Of a stretch of 64,000 nt of DNA, positions 18,206 to 28,032 are shown one piece after another. The notes beneath the pieces were generated by a model. That model did not search any database. It saw only the letters and a list, made by a program, of their open reading frames with translations, and was not told the origin of the DNA. Position 1 is the first letter of the stretch; each line of letters opens with the position of its first letter. Position numbers and translations under genes: made by a program. The stretch comes from an uncultured Sphingomonadaceae bacterium (GTDB lineage: Bacteria > Pseudomonadota > Alphaproteobacteria > Sphingomonadales > Sphingomonadaceae), in the NCBI GenBank assembly GCA_947497455.1, contig CANMGU010000002.1:402506-466505 (forward strand). The letters run 5' to 3'.

Positions 18206-18930
18206 TTGATCTGCTGACGATTTTGGCTGCTGCGGTGCCGAGTGGTTTGGGTTCACCTGCGGAAATCTGGGCTGCAATTGTCCATGATTTTTCCAACATG
18301 GGGTCGCCGGAAGCTTTGGCTGCCTTTGGCCAAGTCATTCTTATCGATCTTGTTTTTGCCGCCGATAACGCGATTGTTGTCGGTGCACTGGCGGGCGGAT
18401 TGCCTGCGGATCAGCGCCGCAAAGTCATCATGCTCGGCATTGGTGCAGCGCTTGTCTTGCGGATAATTTTTGCGCTGATTGTTGTGCAATTGTTGCAAAT
18501 TGTCGGTCTTGTTTTTGCAGGTGGATTGCTTCTGCTCTGGGTCGCCTGGAATTTTTATCGCGAGATTTTCCATGAAGGAGAATCGCCAGGTTCGCCAGAG
18601 ATCGCGGGTGACGAACATAGCGGTGTGAAGGCGCAGAGAAGTTTTTGGGCCGCGGCCTGGGCTGTTATGGCCGCTGATGTATCGATGAGCCTCGACAATG
18701 TCCTCGGCGTCGCCGGAGCCGCGCGCGAACATCCCGGCATTTTGGTCGTCGGTTTGTTGCTGTCGGTCGCTCTGATGGGTCTCGCAGCGAATATCATCGC
18801 CAAATATATCGAGCGCTATAAGTGGATAGCCTATCTCGGTCTGGCGGTGATCATCTATGTCGCTGGAAAAATGATCTATTCCGGTCTGGTTGGTGATGAG
18901 CAAACGATCGGAATCTTGACTCTTTTCTGA
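18202..18930 (+). CDS. TerC/YjbE-family integral membrane protein
   Basis: It has multiple TM segments and the duplicated motifs LVFAADNAIVVG and MSLDNVLGVAG. Confidence 0.8.
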   Translation: MIDLLTILAAAVPSGLGSPAEIWAAIVHDFSNMGSPEALAAFGQVILIDLVFAADNAIVVGALAGGLPADQRRKVIMLGIGAALVLRIIFALIVVQLLQIVGLVFAGGLLLLWVAWNFYREIFHEGESPGSPEIAGDEHSGVKAQRSFWAAAWAVMAADVSMSLDNVLGVAGAAREHPGILVVGLLLSVALMGLAANIIAKYIERYKWIAYLGLAVIIYVAGKMIYSGLVGDEQTIGILTLF

Positions 18931-18948
18931 TTTGGAAAACTTCCGAAA

Positions 18949-19356
18949 TCAGGCTGATTTTTTCATTTTTTCCAGCATTTTACCCATTTCATCCCAGACT
19001 TTGTTGATCGCCTGCAATGGCCGGACCATGACTTTGAAATCCTGAATCTTGCCGTCGTCATTCCAGCTGATGATATCGACACCATTGACCTGAATATCGT
19101 CCAGTTCGAGCTGAAACTCCAGCATCGCCATATTGGCTCCATCGTCGACTATCTCTCGCACATACCGGAAACTGTCATTGCCAAGCACGCTGTCAGCCGC
19201 CGTCAGATAGGCCATGACAATTGGCTTGCCGGCCTGTGGTGTGTGCACAACAGGGGAGTGGAATACCGCATCGTCAGCGAGCTGTGCGCTAAGTGCAGCC
19301 ACGCTCTTGTCGGCCATACGCGCATGCCATGCTTTTAGGTTATCCCGTGTACTCAT
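18949..19356 (-). CDS. NTF2/SnoaL-like fold protein
   Basis: The 135-aa ORF has a SnoaL-like pattern (LADDAVFHSPV.., ..DIISWNDDGKIQDFKVMVRP). It overlaps the upstream dienelactone hydrolase gene by 4 nt. Confidence 0.6.
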   Translation of the reverse strand: MSTRDNLKAWHARMADKSVAALSAQLADDAVFHSPVVHTPQAGKPIVMAYLTAADSVLGNDSFRYVREIVDDGANMAMLEFQLELDDIQVNGVDIISWNDDGKIQDFKVMVRPLQAINKVWDEMGKMLEKMKKSA

Positions 19357-20051
19357 CCCAAATGCTCCTTAAAAAATTCTGTTGTCCGACTGTCTGCCAA
19401 TGTTGCCGCTGCTTCATCGCGGCGTGCGCCAAATTCAGCAGCAAAGCCGTGATCCAGCCCTTGATAGTCATGCAAGGTGACTCGGGGATGATCATCCAGT
19501 CCCTCGTGCATCGCAGCTTGGGCATCGGCGGGTACAAAACCATCGGCTGTCGGGATATGCAGCATGACCTCATGCGCAATCGCATGGCTCTCGCGCAATA
19601 GACCATCAATACCGACGCCATAATAGCCGACAGAGGCATTAATATCGGTTCGCGCTGCGGTCATGAAGGCCAATCTACCACCAAGACAATAACCAACGCA
19701 GCCCACTTTTCCGCCATTTACAGCGTCGCGAGCGAAGTGAATCGCGGCTTCGATATCTCTGATGCCCTGATCCTGATCAAATTTACCCATCAGATCGAGG
19801 GCAACCTGAAATTCTTCCTCAACATCGGCGTCCAGATCGGTAGCTTCGTTGACCCGCCAGAACAGGTCTGGCGCAATGGCCATATAACCGGCCTTGGCCC
19901 AGCTATCGCATTTCGCCTTGATACCCTTATTCACGCCGAAAATTTCCTGAATCACAACGATCGCAGCGGTTGCGATTCCTTCCGGAGCAGCAACATAACA
20001 AGGAAATTCTCCATCTCCGCTCAACGTCTTAATCGGCTTCATCTCACCCAT
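19353..20051 (-). CDS. Dienelactone hydrolase family protein
   Basis: It has the DLH pattern (VVIQEIFGVN..I), the nucleophile motif GYCLGG and a C-terminal HGF. Confidence 0.85.
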   Translation of the reverse strand: MGEMKPIKTLSGDGEFPCYVAAPEGIATAAIVVIQEIFGVNKGIKAKCDSWAKAGYMAIAPDLFWRVNEATDLDADVEEEFQVALDLMGKFDQDQGIRDIEAAIHFARDAVNGGKVGCVGYCLGGRLAFMTAARTDINASVGYYGVGIDGLLRESHAIAHEVMLHIPTADGFVPADAQAAMHEGLDDHPRVTLHDYQGLDHGFAAEFGARRDEAAATLADSRTTEFFKEHLG

Positions 20052-20187
20052 TTTTTGCGCTCCTTTGCATCATGACTTGATTAATGGTGCACAATATCCC
20101 CATATCCTGTTGTGGCAAGGTGGAAGATCATCTGTTGCGGTGAGGGAGGGAACTTCGCTTCAACCACAAGGATAAGAGGAAGCATTT

Positions 20188-20457
20188 ATGAAAGTAACCG
20201 TAGAACTGGATTGTACACCGGAAGAAGCGCGGAAACTGATGGGTTTACCGGATGTGGGCAAACTCAACGAAACCTATGTGAAAGAATTGTCCAAATTTCT
20301 CCAGGGCGCGAGCTCGGTTGAGCAGCTTCAGAATTTCACCAAGATCATTACTCCCATGGGTGAGGCGGGCATCAAGATGTTTTCCTCCTTTCTGGGCGGC
20401 GCCATGGGGGGCGGATCGAATGGCGGAAAATCATCTTCTAGCAAGAAAAAAGATTAG
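20188..20457 (+). CDS. Small conserved hypothetical protein with a Gly/Ser/Lys-rich tail
   Basis: The 89-aa ORF has a good RBS (AGGAAGC upstream of the ATG). Its N-terminus is MKVTVELDCTPEEARKLMGLPDV and its tail is GGAMGGGSNGGKSSSSKKKD. Confidence 0.5.
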   Translation: MKVTVELDCTPEEARKLMGLPDVGKLNETYVKELSKFLQGASSVEQLQNFTKIITPMGEAGIKMFSSFLGGAMGGGSNGGKSSSSKKKD

Positions 20458-20476
20458 ATATCAAATAGATAGATAA

Positions 20477-21772
20477 ATGTCAGCGGTTGACACCATCTTT
20501 GCTCTGTCCAGTGGGCAACCGCCGGCAGCTATCGGTATCATCCGAATTAGCGGTGAAAAGGCTGCGGACGCCTTACGCGCTTTGAGCGGTTTCGTGCCGA
20601 GTGTACGGCGGGCCAGCCTCGCAAAACTGATGGATCCGGCAAGCGGAGACTTGCTCGATACGGCTTTGATATTGTGGTTTCCGGGACCCAATAGTGCGAG
20701 CGGTGAAGACCTAGCCGAAATCCATTGCCATGGCGGCCGTGCGGTTGTTCGCGCGCTGGAGGCTGCGCTTGAAAAAATGGACGGTTTGCGCCGAGCGGAA
20801 CCTGGTGAATTTACCCGCCGGGCATTCACCCATGGCCGAATGGATCTGGCGGAAGCAGAAGGATTGTCCGATCTGCTCTTTGCCGAGACGGAGTTGCAGC
20901 GGCGTTCGGCGATACAGGCAGCAGGCGGAGCGCTTTCGAAAAAGGTGGAGACTTGGCAGAATGGCATCTTGCGCCTTTCTGCGATGGTCGAAGCAGAGCT
21001 CGATTTTTCCGATGAAGATGATGTGACGCCGGCGCAGCTTGACGTGGTGCAGTCCGCGTCGCGGGATTTGGCTCAAGAGATGCGCGCCATGCTGGATCGT
21101 CCGCGCGCCGAGAAATTGCGTGAGGGGGTGAGGGTCGTTTTGGGTGGCCCGCCGAATAGCGGCAAATCAACTTTGCTCAATGCGCTGGTCGAAAGAGAGG
21201 CAGCGATAGTCTCTCCCATTGCAGGAACAACGCGGGATGTGATCGAGGTGCCCATCGCTATCAAAGGCATACCGTTTCTGTTCATTGATACGGCCGGCGT
21301 TCGTGACGAAGGTGCTGAAGAAATAGAACAGATAGGAATCGATCGGGCCCATCAGCAATTCGATATGGCGGATTTGATATTGTGGCTTGGCCCGGAAGGG
21401 CAGGGCCCGAAGATGTCCAACCTAGTCGAAATAGCATCGCGCCAGGATCATCCGGAATATCAAACCAAGTCTGCCGATGTGCTGAGCGTGTCTCCGCTGA
21501 TCGGTGCCGGCATGGATGAACTTGTAAAGCTGCTCGTGGGTCGCGCGAAAGACATCGTACCGCATGGGGATGAGATCAGCGTCAATAAGCGGCAGGCAGA
21601 TCATCTTGCGGAAGCACAGGCAAATCTTGACCAGATATCGCAGGTGCAGGACTATCTGATTATCGCCGAACAATTGCGATTGGCCCGCGCCGCTCTTGAT
21701 GCACTGACCGGGCGGGCGAGTACCGAGGATATGCTCGACAGCCTTTTTGGCAAATTCTGCATCGGAAAATAG
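20477..21772 (+). CDS. mnmE: tRNA modification GTPase MnmE
   Basis: It has an N-terminal DTIFALSSG motif, the G1 motif [16 protein letters not shown], and the C-terminal CIGK. Confidence 0.95.
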   Translation: MSAVDTIFALSSGQPPAAIGIIRISGEKAADALRALSGFVPSVRRASLAKLMDPASGDLLDTALILWFPGPNSASGEDLAEIHCHGGRAVVRALEAALEKMDGLRRAEPGEFTRRAFTHGRMDLAEAEGLSDLLFAETELQRRSAIQAAGGALSKKVETWQNGILRLSAMVEAELDFSDEDDVTPAQLDVVQSASRDLAQEMRAMLDRPRAEKLREGVRVVLGGPPNSGKSTLLNALVEREAAIVSPIAGTTRDVIEVPIAIKGIPFLFIDTAGVRDEGAEEIEQIGIDRAHQQFDMADLILWLGPEGQGPKMSNLVEIASRQDHPEYQTKSADVLSVSPLIGAGMDELVKLLVGRAKDIVPHGDEISVNKRQADHLAEAQANLDQISQVQDYLIIAEQLRLARAALDALTGRASTEDMLDSLFGKFCIGK

Positions 21773-21774
21773 AC

Positions 21775-21790
21775 TGTTTCACGTGGAACA
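21775..21790. promoter_or_regulatory. parS site in the mnmE-mnmG spacer
   Basis: TGTTTCACGTGGAACA has the reverse complement TGTTCCACGTGAAACA. That fits TGTTNCACGTGAAACA at all specified positions. Confidence 0.7.
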
Positions 21791-21858
21791 TGCTTTGGCC
21801 TCAATCCAGTGAGCGAGATCATTTTGACCTGAAACCAGCCTTCCGCTATGGGCGCAGC

Positions 21859-23724
21859 ATGAATCGCGAATTTGATCTGATCGTCGTGGGAGGCGGGCAT
21901 GCAGGCTGTGAAGCCGCCGCCGCGGCCGCGCGCATGGGCGTGCGTACGGCATTGGTCAGTTTTACCAAGGACAGCATCGGCGCGATGTCCTGCAATCCGG
22001 CCATTGGTGGCCTGGGCAAGGGCCATCTCGTGCGGGAAGTGGATGCTTTTGACGGGTTGATCGGCCGCGCCGCCGATGCCGCGGCAATCCACTATCGTAT
22101 GTTGAATCTGTCCAAGGGTGCAGCGGTGCAGGGCCCTCGGGTTCAGGCAGATCGCAAGCTCTACAAAGCAGCGATACACCGGATGCTGGATGCGCAGGAT
22201 AATCTGTCGATTGTGGAAGGCGAGGTTGCGTCGCTGATCTTCGACGGTCAGACGGTTAGCGGGATTTGTTTGGCAGATCAAAGCGAGATCACAGCAACCG
22301 CTGTTATACTGGCGACTGGGACCTTTCTGAACGGAAAACTGTTCCGCGGCGAAGAAACCGTTGCTGGTGGACGAACGGGCGAGGCGAGTGCGGTTTCGCT
22401 GGGCCAACAGATTCGCGATGCCGACCTACCCATTGCAAGACTAAAAACCGGAACCCCGCCGCGATTGGATGGCAGAACGATTGATTGGGCCGCATTGCCC
22501 GAGCAACCATCGGATGATGATAGCTGGACAATGTCTCCGCTTTCCTCGCGGAGAGACGTGCCGCAAATATTCTGCGCAGTGAGCCGGACGAGTGCCGCAA
22601 CGCATGACATTATTCGCGATAATCTCGATCGCTCGCCTTTATTCAGCGGCGCCATTGATGCGCAGGGGCCGCGCTATTGCCCATCTATTGAAGACAAGAT
22701 TCATCGCTTTGCCGACCGGGATTCTCATCAAGTTTTTCTGGAGCCAGAAGGTCTGGATACAAATTTGGTCTACCCTAATGGTATCAGCACTTCTCTATCT
22801 GCTGATGTCCAGGAAGCCTTTGTCCGTACGATGGATGGCCTTTCGAACGCCGAGATATTAGTGCCCGGCTATGCGGTGGAATATGATCATATTGACCCGC
22901 GCGCCTTGGATCGATCGCTGAAGGTTCGCGCACTTGAAGGGCTTTATTGTGCTGGCCAGATTAACGGCACCACCGGATATGAAGAAGCCGCAGCACAGGG
23001 ACTGATCGCGGGTATCGGAGCGGCTTGTGCGATTCAGGACAAGGATACGCCGCAACTGGATCGCGGAACCAGCTATATGGCCGTGATGATCGATGACCTC
23101 GTCCTGCAAGGTGTTACTGAACCGTATCGCATGCTTACTGCACGGGCAGAATATCGGCTGCGTTTGCGGGCGGATAATGCGACAACACGTTTGAGCCCTG
23201 TTGCCGAGACTCTTGGTTGCCTTGGTACCGAACGGCAAAGCTGGTTCAATGCACGGCAATCACAACGCGCTGCGCTCATGACGGAACTGGAAGCCGTGCA
23301 CGGATGCGAAGCGATTGCAGATCAGGGGATTGAAGTCCGACGCGACGGAACTAAGCAATCCTTGTTTGACTGGCTGCGTTTTCCAAACATATCCATAGAT
23401 GCTCTGGGTGCACTGGGAATATCTGTTGATGATAGCGATGCGGTCCTGTTGGCAGAGATTGAAGAAGATGCGCGTTATGCGCCCTATTTGCAGCGGCAGG
23501 AATCGGAACTCAAAGACTTGCGAGCCAATGAGCAGATTCCTCTGGGTGATGATCTTGACTATGCAGAGATAGCGGGTTTGTCCAATGAGATGGTCGAGCG
23601 TCTGAACGGAGCAAGGCCCGAGACTCTAGCGGCAGCTTCACGGGTTCGGGGCATCACACCGGCAGCACTGGCAGCAATTCTGGTGCATGCGCGTCGCCGG
23701 GATGCGAAGAATCTAGCGGCATGA
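21859..23724 (+). CDS. mnmG: tRNA uridine-5-carboxymethylaminomethyl synthesis enzyme MnmG (GidA)
   Basis: It has the FAD motif [16 protein letters not shown] chose the ATG at 21859 (MNREFD..) because the longer ORF start would run across the parS site. Confidence 0.95.
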   Translation: MNREFDLIVVGGGHAGCEAAAAAARMGVRTALVSFTKDSIGAMSCNPAIGGLGKGHLVREVDAFDGLIGRAADAAAIHYRMLNLSKGAAVQGPRVQADRKLYKAAIHRMLDAQDNLSIVEGEVASLIFDGQTVSGICLADQSEITATAVILATGTFLNGKLFRGEETVAGGRTGEASAVSLGQQIRDADLPIARLKTGTPPRLDGRTIDWAALPEQPSDDDSWTMSPLSSRRDVPQIFCAVSRTSAATHDIIRDNLDRSPLFSGAIDAQGPRYCPSIEDKIHRFADRDSHQVFLEPEGLDTNLVYPNGISTSLSADVQEAFVRTMDGLSNAEILVPGYAVEYDHIDPRALDRSLKVRALEGLYCAGQINGTTGYEEAAAQGLIAGIGAACAIQDKDTPQLDRGTSYMAVMIDDLVLQGVTEPYRMLTARAEYRLRLRADNATTRLSPVAETLGCLGTERQSWFNARQSQRAALMTELEAVHGCEAIADQGIEVRRDGTKQSLFDWLRFPNISIDALGALGISVDDSDAVLLAEIEEDARYAPYLQRQESELKDLRANEQIPLGDDLDYAEIAGLSNEMVERLNGARPETLAAASRVRGITPAALAAILVHARRRDAKNLAA

Positions 23725-23731
23725 TGAGAAT

Positions 23732-24349
23732 ATGACGGAACAAGAAGCGCAGGATTGGTTGCGCGCAAATTTCCATGTTTCACGTGAAACATGGGAAAGG
23801 CTCGAGGGGTTTCTGGCGTTGCTGGCCGCTGAAATGCAGCATCAGAATCTGATTTCAAAATCCAGTGCCGACCATATGTGGGACCGCCATGTCGTCGACA
23901 GTGCACAACTGCTGTTGCATGCGCCGCGAGGAGAGGGCGACAAGATCTGGATGGACCTTGGCACCGGTGCTGGCTTTCCCGGGATCATCATAGCGATATT
24001 GGGCGACTATAAGATCCAGATGGTTGAATCCCGATCTCGACGGATCGCGTTTCTGGAATCTGTCGTGACAGAGCTGGGCCTTACCGAAAAAGCCTTGGTA
24101 TTTGGAGACCGTTTAGAGAATGTAGAGAGCCACCCTGTCGATGTTATCAGCGCAAGGGCATTTGCACCGTTGCAAAAACTGTTGTCACTTTCTCACCGGT
24201 TTTCCACAGAAAAGACGGTTTGGCTCTTACCTAAAGGCAAAAATGCGGTAAGGGAGTTAAAAGGCCTATCGCCAAAACGGCAAAAAATGTTCCACGTGGA
24301 ACAAAGTTTGACGGACCCGGAAGCGGGAATATTGGTAGGATTGGGCTGA
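23732..24349 (+). CDS. rsmG: 16S rRNA (guanine527-N7)-methyltransferase RsmG (GidB)
   Basis: It has the SAM motif DLGTGAGFPG and sits in the conserved mnmG-rsmG-parAB order. Confidence 0.9.
   Translation: MTEQEAQDWLRANFHVSRETWERLEGFLALLAAEMQHQNLISKSSADHMWDRHVVDSAQLLLHAPRGEGDKIWMDLGTGAGFPGIIIAILGDYKIQMVESRSRRIAFLESVVTELGLTEKALVFGDRLENVESHPVDVISARAFAPLQKLLSLSHRFSTEKTVWLLPKGKNAVRELKGLSPKRQKMFHVEQSLTDPEAGILVGLG
23776..23791. promoter_or_regulatory. parS site, perfect palindrome, inside rsmG
   Basis: The sequence is TGTTTCACGTGAAACA. Confidence 0.75.
24288..24303. promoter_or_regulatory. parS-like site at the 3' end of rsmG
   Basis: TGTTCCACGTGGAACA is a perfect 16-bp palindrome. It has one deviation per strand from TGTTNCACGTGAAACA. 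Confidence 0.6.
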
Positions 24350-24391
24350 AAACGTTATTTTATATCAGCTTAGCGAAGGGTTCTGCGTAAA

Positions 24392-25174
24392 ATGGTCCGG
24401 ATAGCGATAGCAAATCAAAAAGGCGGCGTCGGCAAAACGACTACAGCTATAAATATGGCTACCGCTCTTGCTGCGAGTGGATGGAAAGTGTTGCTGATCG
24501 ATCTTGATCCGCAGGGCAACGCCTCAACGGGGCTTGGGTTAAACCAGGCAGAGCGCACGCATAGCAGCTATGACCTGCTGATTTCAGACACACCATTGGC
24601 TGATTGCGTGATCAACACACCAGTACCTGGGCTTGATATCGTACCGGCTGTCGTGGATCTTTCTGGTGCAGAAGTCGAACTGGTTGAGTTTGAAGAGCGC
24701 ACCCATCGCTTGAAAAAGGCGCTGGATGCCGGGGATGATGGTCAATGGGATATCTGCCTGATTGACTGTCCACCCTCATTGGGTCTGTTGACACTGAACG
24801 CAATGGTTGCGGTGGAATCTCTATTGGTGCCGCTGCAATGCGAGTTTTTTGCCCTCGAAGGACTGAGTCAGCTTTTACAAACGGTCGAGCGTATCCGGGC
24901 GCGATTCAATCGCGCCTTGTCGGTCATGGGTGTTGTGCTGACCATGTATGATCGCCGCAACAAACTGACAGAACAGGTGTCTGATGATGTTCGGGCCTGT
25001 CTTGGCAATGTCGTTTTTGAAACCGTAATCCCCAGAAATGTAAGGCTTTCAGAGGCACCCAGCCATGGTCTACCAGCGTTGATCTACGATCATCGTTGCA
25101 GTGGATCGGAGGCCTATATCAATTTGGCCCGGGAATTGATTTCCCGGCTGCCAGAACGGAAGGTGGCAGCGTGA
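24392..25174 (+). CDS. parA: Chromosome partitioning ATPase ParA
   Basis: It has the deviant Walker A motif NQKGGVGKTTT and a 260-aa length. Confidence 0.95.
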   Translation: MVRIAIANQKGGVGKTTTAINMATALAASGWKVLLIDLDPQGNASTGLGLNQAERTHSSYDLLISDTPLADCVINTPVPGLDIVPAVVDLSGAEVELVEFEERTHRLKKALDAGDDGQWDICLIDCPPSLGLLTLNAMVAVESLLVPLQCEFFALEGLSQLLQTVERIRARFNRALSVMGVVLTMYDRRNKLTEQVSDDVRACLGNVVFETVIPRNVRLSEAPSHGLPALIYDHRCSGSEAYINLARELISRLPERKVAA

Positions 25175-26133
25175 TGGCAAAAGAAGAGGAAACGCCATTG
25201 CCCAAAAAAGCGGCGATCAAGAAAGCCACTGGCTTGGGCAGGGGTCTCAACTCACTATTTGGTGAGATTCAGCGAGAAGAACCGCTCATCCAGGCGCCGG
25301 AAGCCGAGATAGATGATGAGGCGCCTGAAGCCCGTACAGATGGGCTGCGCTCAATAGCTATTTCCGATGTCCGTCCGAACCCGGATCAGCCGCGCCAGAC
25401 TTTTGATAATGAAGCGCTGGATGAGCTGGCAGACAGCATGAAGCTCCGCGGTGTGATTCAACCGATTGTGGTTCGCCCCCACGGCAAGAATTTTCAGATT
25501 GTTGCCGGTGAACGTCGCTGGCGCGCTGCGCAACGGGCACGATTGCATCGTATTCCAGCGATTGTTCGTAGCCTGAATGATGCGGAAACGCTTGAGATTG
25601 CTATTGTCGAGAATGTTCAGCGCCGTGATCTGAACGCAGTTGAAGAAGCCGAAGCCTATGTAAAGCTGAAAGACGATTTCGGACATAGCCAGGCGAAACT
25701 GGCGGAACTTGTTGGTAAATCGCGCAGCCATATTGCGAATCTTATGCGCCTTTTGGAGCTACCCGAGTCGGTTCGAACCCTCGTGGGTGAAGAAAAGCTG
25801 ACAATGGGTCATGCCCGAGCGCTTATTAATGCACCTGAATCAGCTGAGTTGGCCAAACAAGTGGTCAAACAGGGGCTTTCTGTTCGCGATACGGAGAAGC
25901 TAGTGCGCAAAGCATTAGGAGGTCCCCGCCGCAAGAGCAGGTTGCCGATTGCGGGTGAGAGTGAAAGCGACGCCGATATTCGCGCGGTCGAAAGCCATTT
26001 GGGTGATTTGCTCGGCCTGAAGGTTAAGATCCAATCGAAGGGCCAGACCGGTTCTGGTTCGATGACGATTGACTATAGCAATCTGGATCAGCTTGACCTG
26101 ATTTGTCAGCGTCTTACCGGCGAACATATATAA
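25174..26133 (+). CDS. parB: Chromosome partitioning protein ParB
   Basis: It has the ParB box GERRWRAA plus HTH and C-terminal dimerisation regions. The ATG at 25174 overlaps the parA stop (GTGATGG). Confidence 0.95.
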   Translation: MAKEEETPLPKKAAIKKATGLGRGLNSLFGEIQREEPLIQAPEAEIDDEAPEARTDGLRSIAISDVRPNPDQPRQTFDNEALDELADSMKLRGVIQPIVVRPHGKNFQIVAGERRWRAAQRARLHRIPAIVRSLNDAETLEIAIVENVQRRDLNAVEEAEAYVKLKDDFGHSQAKLAELVGKSRSHIANLMRLLELPESVRTLVGEEKLTMGHARALINAPESAELAKQVVKQGLSVRDTEKLVRKALGGPRRKSRLPIAGESESDADIRAVESHLGDLLGLKVKIQSKGQTGSGSMTIDYSNLDQLDLICQRLTGEHI

Positions 26134-26396
26134 ATTGTTCGGGATTCTGACGCATTTCATCGCCGGATGACCGAAATCGAATTATTTCATTTTGTAACAA
26201 CCCTGCATAAAATCTATATTTTACAGAAGGTTAGAGCGTTCACAATGCTTTAACCATGACTGGCAGCAAAGCCTTATCCTTTGTCGTCGATAAGCAATCT
26301 CGAATGTTGGCGTATAGCGACATCTAACCAGTGGGTTTGGTCAGATGCACCGTAGGCGCCCTTTCGTATAGTAGTGAAATATAGGGACCAGAAAAT

Positions 26397-26897
26397 ATGT
26401 CTAAGTTTATCAAAGCCGCTGTGGCTTCTTCCGTACTTGCCGCTTCAGTAATGGGTGCAAACGCTGCTCACGCTGCAACTGCAACCGCTGACGCACGTGC
26501 AAATATCCTCGAAGAACTGACCGTAACCAAAGATGCCGGTACGGATCTTGATTTCGGTACGATCGTTACAACCGGAACGGCTGAAACCGTAACTGTTGGT
26601 ACAGACGGTGTTCGCGCCGCTTGTGTAAGCGTTGTTTGTTCAGGTGCTTCTGATGCAGCGGACTTCTCGGTAACCGGTTCTGCTTCTGAAGCAGTTACAC
26701 TGACCGTACCTGGTTCAGTTACCTTGACCGGCCCTGGTGGCGCAATCATGAACGCCAACCTGAATTCATCCGCGCTTACCGCGTTGGACGCTTCGGGTAA
26801 CGGTGCATTCTCAGTAGGTGGCGCGCTTGACGTTGCTGCTACTCAGGCTGATGGCGCTTATGTCGGTACCTTCACGGTAACCGTTGACTATCCTTGA
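26397..26897 (+). CDS. Secreted DUF4402-type putative fibre (pilin-like) subunit
   Basis: A signal peptide (AASVMGANAAHA) precedes a Thr/Gly/Val/Ala-rich beta-type sequence. It has LDFGTIV, two Cys residues (ACVSVVCSG), and ends GAYVGTFTVTVDYP. A chaperone and an usher-like gene follow it. Confidence 0.7.
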   Translation: MSKFIKAAVASSVLAASVMGANAAHAATATADARANILEELTVTKDAGTDLDFGTIVTTGTAETVTVGTDGVRAACVSVVCSGASDAADFSVTGSASEAVTLTVPGSVTLTGPGGAIMNANLNSSALTALDASGNGAFSVGGALDVAATQADGAYVGTFTVTVDYP

Positions 26898-26944
26898 TTT
26901 TTTCACCGTCCTGTTCGCAGGGCAGTGTTTGCTGAGATATCAGA

Positions 26945-26983
26945 AGCCCGTCCGCGACCTTGGTTGCGGGCGGGTTCTTTATT
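26945..26983 (+). terminator. Stem-loop with a U-rich tail after the subunit gene, a putative partial terminator/attenuator
   Basis: CCCGTCCGC, a 10-nt loop and GCGGGCGGG form a 9-bp stem with one G-U pair. TTCTTTATT follows. It lies in the 238-bp gap between the subunit and chaperone genes. Confidence 0.5.
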
Positions 26984-27135
26984 GTGTCGACCACGTTCCA
27001 TGCGAGAGAACATCTTGGGTGCATATAATTGATGTGGTTAGCGCTTTGGTAACCCTCTTTCGGCATAGTGATGGATGTGGGGATATGTGCGGGAAACCGC
27101 CTATCCGGATCACCAGAGTTAAACCGGAGAAAAAG

Positions 27136-27978
27136 ATGACGATCAGGGGTCTGAGACGACTGAGTAAAACATGTGTTGGTTTGGGATTGGCTGCTGCTGC
27201 CCTTGTCCTCCCACAAATGCCAGCACAGGCTGCAGGAGATCTACTGGTTGCTCCCACGCGAATCATCCTCGATGGTCAACGCGGTACAGAGATTATTCTG
27301 AATAATATCGGTGCGGAAACAGCTACTTACCGGATATCTATGGAGCTTCGCCGGATGACGGCAGAAGGCCGACTTACAGATGTGAGCGCTGAAGAAGCCA
27401 ATGAGCTTGAGCGCGCAGCGAAAGAGATGATCCGTTATGCGCCGCGTCGCGTGACTTTGCCACCGAATCAGCCCCAAGCGATCCGTCTTGGTGTTAGGGC
27501 GCCGAAAGACTTGCCGGACGGCGAATATCGTGTGCATCTTCTGTTCCGGGCCGTTCCCAAAGCGAGATCAGTTGTCGATCAAGTACAGCAAGAAGATGGC
27601 TTCTCCATAGCACTAACCCCAATATATGGTGTAACCATTCCGGTTATCATTCGCCAAGGCGAATTGAAGGCTACTGCCGCTATCGCCAATGCGCGTATCG
27701 AGCAGGGCGAAGAAGGTCCTGCATTTGTCTTTGACCTCAGTCGCACTGGAAATCGTTCCACTTATGGCGAAATCCGGGTGAAGAAGCAGGGCCAGGATGA
27801 GCCGTTGTTGATGGTCCGTGGTGTTGCCGTCTATCCGGAAATAAACCAACGGAAAGTATCGCTTCAGGTACCAGCCGAAGTGGTTGCCCAGTTGAAGGGG
27901 CCGCTTTCCATAGAATATTACGAACCGAGAAATATTGGCGGTGGACTAATCACCAAGACCGATTTGGTTCTCAGATAG
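27136..27978 (+). CDS. PapD-like periplasmic fimbrial chaperone
   Basis: The ATG at 27136 has a GGAGA RBS. A signal peptide (GLGLAAAALVLPQMPAQAAG) is followed by LLVAPTRIILDGQRGTEIILNNIGAETATYRISM and VTLPPNQPQAIRLGV. These match the conserved N-domain pattern of pilus chaperones. Confidence 0.75.
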   Translation: MTIRGLRRLSKTCVGLGLAAAALVLPQMPAQAAGDLLVAPTRIILDGQRGTEIILNNIGAETATYRISMELRRMTAEGRLTDVSAEEANELERAAKEMIRYAPRRVTLPPNQPQAIRLGVRAPKDLPDGEYRVHLLFRAVPKARSVVDQVQQEDGFSIALTPIYGVTIPVIIRQGELKATAAIANARIEQGEEGPAFVFDLSRTGNRSTYGEIRVKKQGQDEPLLMVRGVAVYPEINQRKVSLQVPAEVVAQLKGPLSIEYYEPRNIGGGLITKTDLVLR

Positions 27979-28032
27979 TCTAGGTATTACAATATTTTAG
28001 GCTGACGTCAGTCCGTTATGCAGCCGAAATAA

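Noticed and set aside
21790-21858. The upstream start for mnmG at 21790
   Set aside because: It adds 23 non-conserved residues before the FAD-binding N-terminus and begins at the last base of the parS palindrome. The ATG at 21859 gives the canonical MnmG N-terminus.
21652-22407. A 251-aa minus-strand ORF overlapping the mnmE end and the mnmG start
   Set aside because: It is antisense to mnmE/mnmG, which carry clear signatures, and it has no motif support.
26884-27135. An N-terminal 84-aa extension of the chaperone ORF that would overlap the subunit gene
   Set aside because: The extension is Cys/His/Val-rich with no signal peptide and runs through the stem-loop at 26945-26983. The ATG at 27136 has a GGAGA RBS and is followed immediately by a proper signal peptide.
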